DNA from: Amphiscolops sp. MND2022
Taxonomy: Eukaryota
Direction of reading: 5' to 3'
Assembly (NCBI GenBank): GCA_964187785.1
Contig: OZ076409.1
Span: 26,848,001 to 26,912,000 of the forward strand
Length of the DNA: 64,000 nt
How positions within the stretch are numbered: the stretch's first letter is position 1; each line of letters starts with the position of its first letter. Shown here piece after piece: positions 51,490 through 60,364 of this stretch. The translations under genes and the position numbers were made by a program. The notes below the pieces were generated by a model. It saw only the letters and a program-made list of their open reading frames with translations. It searched no databases and was not told the DNA's origin.

Positions 51490-51890
51490 TGTGATGCCAT
51501 GATGCATGTCCTCGAAGATTCTATAAATTTGAAATACTCTGAACTCTTAACCAAACCAATTAGTAAATGTAATCTAATTTAGAAACTAAGAAACTTCATT
51601 TAATAGATCCTGTATCAAACTCCCCTGCTTCATCCTGTTGCTGTCACATTGTTAATTGATGTAACCTACCCTAGTTAATAGAATATATCTACTCGGAGAA
51701 ATTGAGAATTCATCCTAGCAATCAGTCTTCCTCCCATACTTCAAGAACTGAGATCTCAGAAATAGATTGTACTCAGAACTAGCTAGTTACAGGATAAAAG
51801 ATAAGACGACTCTGCTGTTAAAATCTTAGACTTCTTATATCAGTTCTAACTCTTCTAAAAGAAACCATCACACAACTTTCTAACAGCTCA
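51490..51890 (+). repeat. gypsy 3' LTR (401 bp)
   Basis: Near-identical to 34085-34485; followed by the TSD ACAC. Confidence 0.96.
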
Positions 51891-52495
51891 ACACTTCTCG
51901 CTATAAAATTTCTGATAGACGTGTATTGGTCTTTGATTCTAAAGATATTGAGTTTTCTACGGTCCCTATTAATGATTTGGGTATCAATTTTACGTCTGAT
52001 TTGAAATGGTCAGCCCACATCGATGTTCGTATTAGAAAAGCTTTTTCACGATTCAAGATGCTAAAGCGGTCCTTACCGACTACCTTACCAGATAATGTAA
52101 AATCACAAGTTTACAAACTTTATACCACTAATCACCTATGGAGCAGTCCCATGGTTTCCCAACAAGACTGATTTATCGAAATTAGAAGTCTTTCAAAATA
52201 AAGTTACTCGTTGGTTTGGACCTATAGATGATTATAGGGATCGGCTATTAGCCCTCAATTTACTTCCCTTTTCTTTGCTATTTCAGTTGAACGACCTCCT
52301 TTTCCTACATCAATGTATTGTCAACGATTCTCCGATATGTTCAGGACTGTTCTACAAAGGAGCTCCCCGCCATTATGCCACCCGGTTTTCATCACGAAAA
52401 CTTCTCTTTAAGAAGAATACAAGACTGAAGTCCACCGACAGCTTTTTCATAAACAGAGTTGTTAATCTTTTACTACTACATGTCAGTTCTACCAC

Positions 52496-52650
52496 TATAG
52501 CAATCCAATAAACTATCTAGACACCAAAGCAAAGATTTAATGCTGACAGGATTCGAACCTATTCTTCCAAGTCGCAACCTGACGTGCTAACCATTACACT
52601 ACACCTCCGATATTTGAGCAATCCGTCTGGACTTATCAACCAAATTAGTG
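52496..52650 (-). repeat. ~155-bp repeat with a tRNA-derived core (SINE-like); second copy split at 29450-29523 + 30972-31060
   Basis: Reverse strand has A-box TAGTGTAATGG (52591-52601) and B-box GGTTCGAATCC (52549-52559). No proper acceptor stem. Confidence 0.65.
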
Positions 52651-53297
52651 GTTCCTATAGAGGGATTGGAACTAAGGTATGGCCATATAAATGGTACCTG
52701 AAAAAGACCCCCATAAATATCTCCAAGTTTTTGAAGGAAGCTTTAAATAATGGCCATAATGGCCATAAATATGGTGTCAAAAAAACAAGATTCAAATGAA
52801 GAATTGAATCAAACAATTCCGAAAACTTCAATCACTGTTCACGACAAGCAAGAGAGTTTCGACGTCCCAGTAGTTTTTATTCACAGCCAGGTAGAGATTC
52901 TCCTCAAAATTCACTGGAAGGATCCTGTTTCGCAGGGGTGTTTGGATGTTTTTAGCCTTACTGAACAGACGTTCTACAATATTGGAAGTTCTACAATACA
53001 TCATAGGTATTACTAAATTTTTAGCCACAGCTCGCATTGTAGACTCATTGTCACTGACGATGAATTTCACATCAGTTCGCGTTTTCTTGTAGTACTCTAG
53101 AGTTGTTTCGATGAATCCGGCAATACTACCAGCGCCAAGATCGGTTTCATCGGCAAAACAGAAAAGAGTAGAAGAGGCACACCATCCACATCGAAGCAAG
53201 CGAAAACACCCACGAAATGTTCACTTTGTTGCGACCATCCATCTACAATCAAACCAGAGTTGCTGGGTAGGGCACTGGTTTTCTTCTTTTCGATTTC

Positions 53298-54207
53298 GGG
53301 TGGGCGGAAGTAGGTCGAAGGGTAAATGGTCACTTGGCTTAATGCCATTTGGCTTAAAGTCATTTGGCTTAATATAATTGGTCACTTGGCTTAATTTTTT
53401 TAAGCTAAGTGTCTCGGGTACTGGTCACTTGGCTTAAAGTCATTTGACTTAAAACCTCCTAGTTGAAAACACGTTGCAGATTTTGTCGATTTTATCTTTA
53501 TAACGTAGTCAGCGTATTATTATAACGTCATATCAAGTACCCTTCGCATATGTCCCCATTTCCTCTAGTGCCCTGCGGCCCCTTGGGGCCGCTTATATTC
53601 CCATCTTGCTAAGCGAGGTCGAACAGGAGCAAAGACCTAGCGGGAACGAAGATCGCGAAGCGATCGTAGTGGCAGCTGGTCTTTGCGACGGCGAGGGCGA
53701 GCGTGCATACACCGCATATGCCCCACATTATGATATTTCCGGGAGTTGACATATTTATTCCTTGAGTTGGAATGGAGTTGGCTTAATTTTGTGTTCACTT
53801 GGCTTAAAAATTTTGAGCCAAATGACTCGACAAAAAAATTAAGCCAAATGGTATTAAGCCAAGTGACTGGTAACCGGTCGAAGGAACGGGATCGAAAATC
53901 AGAGTTAGTCCTCAGGTCACAACCAAATTTTTGAATGGGTTCGAAACAACTCGGATCGAAATTTTTATAACGTAGTCAGATATGTTCACATACCCCTAGT
54001 GCCCTGAATGCAGGAGCGAAGCGAAGCGGAGCGACGTGCCATTTGGCCATGCCTCATGGTTGCTACTCAGCGAAGGGAGCGAAGCGACCGAGCCATACAG
54101 CAAATACGATAAAATTCGACCACATTCCATTCGATCCCTGCAATTCGATCAAAAGGTTCGACCTCTGTCCTTTCGACCAGAAAAATTCGACCTATTTACA
54201 GCCACCC
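53298..54207 (+). mobile_element. Mutator-like MITE family B, copy 1 (about 347 bp net), interrupted by family A'
   Basis: TIRs GGGTGG...TAGGTCGAA; 9-bp TSD TTCGA(T/C)TTC (53289-97, 54208-16); an inverted copy lies at 58831-59181. Confidence 0.9.
53321..53875. mobile_element. Mutator/foldback-like MITE family A' (CA(T/C)TTGGCTTAA subterminal repeats)
   Basis: TIRs GGT....(A/G)GTCACTTGGCTTAAT(G/A)CCATTTGGCTTAA; TSD GGTCGAAG(G) of 8-9 bp (53313-20, 53876-83). The uninterrupted target sequence is visible in B copy 2. Confidence 0.88.
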
Positions 54208-54617
54208 TTCGACTTCCAAGGAAACCAGGTCTATATATTTCTGCAGAATCTTCTGGCATATCGGCTCCAATTTAGTGTTGTTTCGTACCAATGGTTCGTC
54301 GACAAAACTGTACTCGCGATTCTCCAAAATCACCCATATCAACCAACGGAAAATATTTTCCGCCTTCTTGTTCACTTTAGGGTACGGCAATACTGCTTGC
54401 TCTTTGGTTTCTGACTTCCTATACTCATCTTCCCAGGAGTCTTTGTGAACATTTTCCAAGTGACTCATCAAATTTGTATATCCTTTCTTGCCTGGTTGTT
54501 TCACCCTCTTATTGTGGGTGCACTTATATATAATAAAAATAATAATGGGTTTTTCCCGAAGGAGGGGACAGGGTCCCAGAATTCCACAGGTTCTCCTTAA
54601 AGTTGTCCGGCTTTCGC

Positions 54618-57459
54618 CTAACTCGTCATTTTCCACGTCGACTTTATATGATAATTGTAGGAATTGGCAAAATATTCTTTGAAAACTTTGGTAAGATCTT
54701 CTTTAATTGTGGGAGATAGTAGGTCAATGTCTTTCTTGGTCGCTTGGTGAATCGCAATAGACCGGTACCAGAAATTTTGTCTACTTGAAGATAATCGCTG
54801 TTTCGGTAGTACAAATAATTCGGACTCGGCAGCTCTCGTTCTTTTATCTGAAGGGGGAAAACGTACCTTCGGCTCCCAGTCATAGTTGTACTTGTCATTG
54901 ACTATTCGACTCAAGAGAAGGATATCATGTAACTCAATGTATAGCGAGATTGGTAATAAATTCAGGCGGTGTAGTCTCATTTTGTAATCTGGCTCATGGT
55001 CGATCCATTTCGTAACGCGTGCCTGAAACAATTCTAAAGCAGAAAGCGAATTGGTATTTGCATGGCTAACTTGCATGCCATAAGTTAAAATTGGGACTAA
55101 TAAACCACGATATAAGTTCATTTTCGCTCCTTTGGATGTTCTCGGGGAAACATTTCTTCTGATCATGTGAAACATGCTATAGGCTTTAGAAACTCTACTT
55201 TTAATATGTTCGCTCCAATTCAGATTGTCACAGATGATAACTCCCAGGTCCTTTTCACACTGTTTTCTCTCAAAAACGGAATTTCCAAACAAAAAGGGTC
55301 CCTGGTCTTTGCCCTTGAATAGCAGATAACCGCATTTACTAATATTGGCGCTCATTCTGTTGGAATTACACCGTTCAAGGATATGTCTCAAGGATAATTG
55401 GAGATTTTGATGGTCGTCAGAATATAGTTTTAGGTCATCAGCGAATAATTTGGAATCCACGCTCAAGTTTTTAACTACATCATTGATGTAAATGACAAAC
55501 ATTAGTGGTCCCAGCAGCGACCCTTGGGGGACACCACTTGTGGCGTATTTGTAATCCGACAAACTGCTGTTTACTCTAACTCTTTGCCTTCTGTTACTAA
55601 GGTAATCCCTAAGTATGTCATGTAGACCCCCCTGAATCCCAGCTGACCATAGCTTCCGTAAAAGGATGTTGTGGCAAATTTTATCAAAGGCTTTTTCGAA
55701 ATCGATGTATATTGTCGCAAAGTAAGAAATATCCTGATTTTCTCTAGCTCGGTAGATATCGTCCACATAGTCCAAAAGTTGAAGAACGGCAGATTTGTTT
55801 CTAGAAAAGCCGTACTGAGAAGAATTTATATCATCCTTGACGTGTGCATATATGGCATCGTATCGTATGCGTTCGTAGACCTTCGATATCGTGCAAAGGA
55901 GCGCCACTGGGCGATACATTTCAACGCAGCTCTTGTCACCCTTTTTGAACAGCGGAACTATTGTGGCATCTTTCCATGCTGACGGGAATTTGTGCTTATT
56001 TGCAGCGGTCCTCAGGAGTAGGTAAATTGACGGGGCTAAAGATTCGGCACACTTTTTGAGGAAAATATTCGGAATATTGTCTGGTCCACGTGATTTGTTC
56101 ACGTTTAAATTAGACAGTCTTTTAACAATATCGCGCACGCTGAAGTGTATACTGCTGGTTATAATCCTTGGTTCAGTATTTACCAATTCATCGGATTCCA
56201 ACAATTGGGTAGCAATGTTATACACACTTGCGAACCAATTGTTAAAAAAATTCGCTTTGTCAGTATCGGTTTGGACTTGCTTGTCTCTATAGTGCATAAC
56301 TGAGGGGAGTCTGTCAGGTGATTTGATTTCTTTGATGTAGCGGTAAATTTTGTCAAAACGTCTTGACCTAAACACATTTTCCTCGTAATCTAATTGATCT
56401 ATACTTGTCATCTCCTTGATAGTTGTAAGCAGGTTTAGAATTTTGCACGATCTGGCATACGAAAAGTTTCGTAACTGTTTTGATTCCATTGATTTCACTT
56501 TCCTTATAACGCATGAAGTTTCTGGTTTAATCCATGCTGGTAAAGAAGATCGGTGCTTGGTGCGTTTGGGAATGGTTTGTTTGTGAATTTCATCTAACCA
56601 AGTGTACCATTGCTCAGTAAGAACATCCACATTACTATAACAGTACGGAGTAAAAGGGTTTGATAATATATAATCGTTTACGGATGGAAAGTCCGCTTTT
56701 GAGTAAGAGTAGCATTTGAGTTTGGCGTGGGGTGTTGGGTCATAATAGGCCTCGAACGTCATGGAATAGGGATAATGGTTGCTCAGTGGTTTATCGTCAA
56801 TGGCAAACGATTTATGCATAGTAAGATTTATCTTACACAGGGTCACAAATTCTGAGCTGTTCGTGAGAATGACCTGGAGTGAATTTCCCAGATGAGTCTT
56901 CATGAATCATTTGCTCGAAATTGTAGTAGACAAGTAAATCCAATATTTCCGATTCAAAGTTATCAGAAGACTCCATCACATACCAATTGGTAAATTCAAA
57001 GTTTATATCTCCGGTGATAATTACGTGCTCTATGTTATTGCTGTTCTTTAGATTATCTATATTCACAAGGAAGTCCGTGAACTTTTGTAATGACCATTTA
57101 TAGGTACTATTGGCTGGGGCTGAGTAAATTGATGCAATTAAAATCTTTGTATCATCGAGATCGATTTGCACACAGGCACAATCGTCATTGGCTACATTTG
57201 GAAGTTGTATTTCTTTAGAGATAAGCTGCTTCGACAACGCAATTAACGTACCTCCGTGACTTGTTTTATCGCCCGATTTGGATGGTCTGTCGCCTCTGAA
57301 TACATTGAACTGGTTTAAGGATAACGAATTGTTTGAGATTGCTGAGGTAAGCCATGTTTCTGATAAACAAACGATATCAATGTCCTGCAGCGCTAATGAG
57401 TTGGCTAATGTCTGTCTTCGTGTAATATCTAGAATGCTCCGGACATTATAAATTAGCAC
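54618..57459 (-). pseudogene. LINE ORF2 (APE and RT) with one frameshift near 56880
   Basis: 'YNVRSI...SETWL...HGG...GDIN'; 'YRPVALL...SQYGF...IDFEKAFD...SGVPQGSLLGP...LFADDLK...KDLGV'. Confidence 0.93.
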
Positions 57460-58368
57460 GTGGATTATTCGTTTACTACGTTGATCGCCGAGATACCTCG
57501 GTGAGATACCCGAATGTAGTCAATTGTCCGTTTGATTCACGTTTTCAGAATCGGTGTATTTGACAACAACCCATTTTTCGTCGAAACGCTGGTGAAGTTC
57601 CAATCCTTTGATTTTCAAATTTCTTGGATCAATGCCGTCTGTAATCAGTTTGCGTCGTTTGACTACCGCATCATGTTCTTTTTTGGCGTCTTCTTTGCTC
57701 AGTTCAGGACTCAAATAAACCATGTTTCCTTCAATCTTGAAGTTATCAACTTTCAATTTGTATGACGATTTCAATAACATATCTTTATCCAGTTCATCTT
57801 CTACCTGGAATATGATGTTTCTAGGTCTGGTAGCCTTCTCATCAAATGGTCCATTCCGTTTCAGTCGCGTGACTTTTGCATCGACACCCAAATGCTCAAT
57901 AATAGTTTTGACATTTCGAAGATCACTTTTGAGGCGATCGTCTGGGTTTCCCTCAGATTCGGGAATACCCCTGATCCTCGAACCCAATGTAGGAATTGGT
58001 AGTTTTGAGATGGCATTGTCAATCACCTTTCCTGGTACAACCTGTCCCAAAGCAGCGGCATAGGTTGTATCGGTTTTAGACTTTTGCAATTCCGTTTCCA
58101 ATTTTTTGATACCTTGAAAAGCTTGGACGAGTTGATCATTGTAATTAGTTACTTTCTTGTCGAGCTGAGTTAACTTCACCTCAATTTCATTAATCACAGG
58201 GGATTTCAAAAAACTATTATCCCGGTTACTCTCATCTAGTGCACAGTCGTTACAAACATGCAACAAATTTCTACTTAGCTTGATCAGGACATTGACTTCT
58301 TCGGAGGAGAATCCAGTGCATTCGTCAGTCATATGCATGACTTTGTCACAGTAACAACACTTGAAACG

Positions 58369-59270
58369 GGAAATGGTCATTTCGCCTAATGCCATTTCGC
58401 CTAAAGTCATTTCGCCTAACGTGTTTGGTCACTTCGCCTAATTTTTTTAGGCGAAACGTCTTTTACTTTGGTCACTTCGCCTAATTTTTTTTCAGAAACG
58501 TGAAAAACACATGAAATTGGAAAACAAATAAATCGTTTAAGATCTAAAACTAAAAAGTGATTTAAAATAGAAAACGTGCCTCGGATATGTCCCATTCCTT
58601 CTAGTGCCCCGCGGCCCCTTGGGGCCGCTTATGTTCCATCTTGCTAAGCGAGGTCGAACAGGAGCAAAGACCTAGCGGGAACGGAGATCGCGAAGCGATC
58701 GTAGTGGGAGCTGGTCTTTGCGACGGTGAGGGCGAGTGTGCATACACCGCATATGCCCCACATTTTGATATTTTCGCTTTCAGAAAGCCTTTTTCGAAAC
58801 ATGATTATTTAGACGTTATTCCCGTTTGGTGGGTGGCTGTAAATAGGTCGAATTTTTCTGGTCGAAAGGACAGAGGTCGAACCTTTTGATCGAATTGCAG
58901 GGATCGAATGGAATGCGGTCGAATTTTATCGTATTTGTTGTATGGCTCGGTCGCTTCGCTCCCTTCGCCAAGTAGCAACATTGAGGCATGGCCATATGGC
59001 ACGTCGCTCCACTTCGCTTCGCTCTCCTGTATTCAGGGCACCAGGGGTATGTGAACATATCTGACTACGTTATAAAAATTTCGATCCCAGTTGTTTCGAT
59101 CCCATTCAAAAATTTGGTATGTCGACCTGAGGACTAACTCTGATTTTCGATCCCGTTCCTTCGACCTATTTCCGCCCACCCCCGTTTGGTCATTTCGCCT
59201 AATTTTTTTAGGCGAAATGACTCAACTAAATTTTTAGGCGAAATGGCATTAGGCGAAATGACCTGCATCC
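58369..59270. mobile_element. Mutator/foldback-like MITE family A (CATTTCGCCTAA subterminal repeats), containing B copy 2
   Basis: TIRs GGA...GGTCATTTCGCCTAATGCCATTTCGCCTAAA; perfect 9-bp TSD CTTGAAACG (58360-68, 59271-79). Confidence 0.92.
58831..59181 (-). mobile_element. Mutator-like MITE family B, copy 2 (351 bp)
   Basis: Reverse complement of 53298-54207 without its insert; perfect 9-bp TSD CCGTTTGGT (58822-30, 59182-90). Confidence 0.92.
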
Positions 59271-59782
59271 CTTGAAACGCTCTCCCTTGATCTTCTTTTT
59301 GCACGAATAGCAGTTTTCCCTCCTTCGACTCGACATGTCTGCCGGGTCATCACCCGACTTGGTTGCCATTAAATATGAAAACACACTATTTAATAAGTTG
59401 AACATATCATCACCGAGAGGGGTAAAGAAGAAGTCTACAACAGATTTGTTTTGCAGATCCATGACCCTATCTGAAAGAAACAAACGGAATGAATTTCCCG
59501 AGAAAAAAATATGGTGGCATTATGGCAGAGCTACCATACATAATGGCCATTTTTCTCAGTGCAGCCATAAATAATTTCCATATATTTATGGCCATATATG
59601 GTTATGGCCATTATGGAGTTCCAATCCCTGTTCCTATACGTTTCATCCGAAGTTTGAAAACGTCACTTTCGAACTTTGAAAACGTTACATCCGAGCTATG
59701 AAACGTTCAATCCTAACTGAAACATCTCTGCTACAAATATGAACAAATGAACAAAGAAAGTGGACCATTTATAGTGAACTGA

Positions 59783-60205
59783 AACAAGCCGAAAACGTCA
59801 TAAGTCGACGCCATAACTAAGGCTCAAAAAAGCAGAAAGACTTAAGTATCAAATATTTTTACAGTACCTGAAAATCCCAAAATTTGGATCGAATTGGCGC
59901 GCCGGGGCCCGCTAGCTGATTTTTTAAACATTCATCGTTGCAAAACATCAAAAAATTGAAGGGGGACCCTTTGGGGAATTTTTTTGGAAAAGTCTCACAT
60001 TGCCGAAAAACTGAAAGGACCCTCTAGCCTCGCCCGGAATTGTGTGACGCTGAAAAACCATTTTGGTTCAGGTCACTGGGCCAAATGGTTAAATTTGACA
60101 CCATAAAATTTTGTAGAACTTCATATAACTATTTTGGTCAGTTCGTGTGGATTGAAAAAAGTCACTATAATTGTCACGTTTCTTTTCATGAAGCGCCTTT
60201 TAAAA
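59783..60205 (+). repeat. Copy of the 'aacaagccg...gtcggcgccata.ctaaggctcaaaa' repeat family
   Basis: Head at ~59783-59830; internal 'gggggaccctttg...gtctcac' blocks as at ~8200-8380; tail 'gaagcgcc'. Confidence 0.6.
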
Positions 60206-60364
60206 ATACCCACTGAGCTTTTTAAAAAATGCCTTTTTAAAAATACCCATTTATAATGATCTGGATTTTTTTTGAAAGTTAATTCCATTGGTTTCAGATT
60301 GCATGGAACTATATGGAACTGAAGTACCATTATTTCCACCAAATAGCCCTAACAACTATTCCAG

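Larger units (their letters stand above)
34085..51890 (+). mobile_element. Giant (17,806 bp) Ty3/gypsy-type LTR element with envelope and accessory ORFs (endogenous retrovirus-like)
   Basis: 401-bp TG...CA LTRs (34085-34485, 51490-51890; 6 substitutions counted by eye), ACAC TSD (34081-84, 51891-94), TGG-starting PBS, gag-PR-RT-RH-IN order, then an env-like ORF. Confidence 0.96.
31061..52495 (+). mobile_element. CR1/L2-type LINE with PHD-finger ORF1, APE and RT, split by the gypsy insertion (34085-51890)
   Basis: ORF1, APE and RT are collinear up to 34084 ('LLFADDSK...IYNWANANKMEFN...WF'), and RT resumes at ~51895 ('NDLGINFTSDLKWSAHID...LLPFSLLFQLNDLLF...FFINRVVN'). 3' end appears truncated. 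Confidence 0.9.
57520..59369 (-). pseudogene. LINE ORF1 (PHD finger, coiled coil, RRM-like region) split by the 58369-59270 insertion
   Basis: 'MATKSGDDPADMSSRRRENCYSCKKKIKGERFK' | 'CCYCDKVMHMTDEC...VCNDC' rejoin in frame once the insert and one TSD copy are removed. Confidence 0.9.
54526..59395 (-). mobile_element. Near full-length CR1/L2-type LINE inserted into the hAT BED finger; ORF1 interrupted by MITE A
   Basis: ORF1 (ATG 59369), APE (57459-56833), RT (56903-54618) and an (ATT)n-like tail at ~54526-54546. Confidence 0.93.
52828..59462 (-). pseudogene. hAT transposase in three pieces (59462-59397, 54525-54208, 53297-52828): BED finger, N-terminal DDE core, C-terminal dimerisation domain
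   Basis: 'MDLQNKSVVDFFFTPLGDDMFN' | 'KCTHNKRVKQPGKKGYTNLMSHLENVH...YSFVDEP' | 'LIVDGWS...FIVSDNESTM...TSNIVERLFS...YWD'. The middle of the catalytic/insertion domain is missing. Confidence 0.88.
52660..59630 (-). mobile_element. Internally deleted hAT DNA transposon (about 1.2 kb net) carrying nested insertions
   Basis: TIRs (C/G)AGGGATTGGAACT, perfect 8-bp TSD TTCCTATA (52652-59, 59631-38), subterminal 'atggccat' repeats at both ends. Confidence 0.95.

Noticed and set aside
52541..52608. Functional tRNA gene (also ~15305-15380)
   Set aside because: A and B boxes are present, but acceptor and anticodon stems do not pair properly and both lie inside dispersed repeats.
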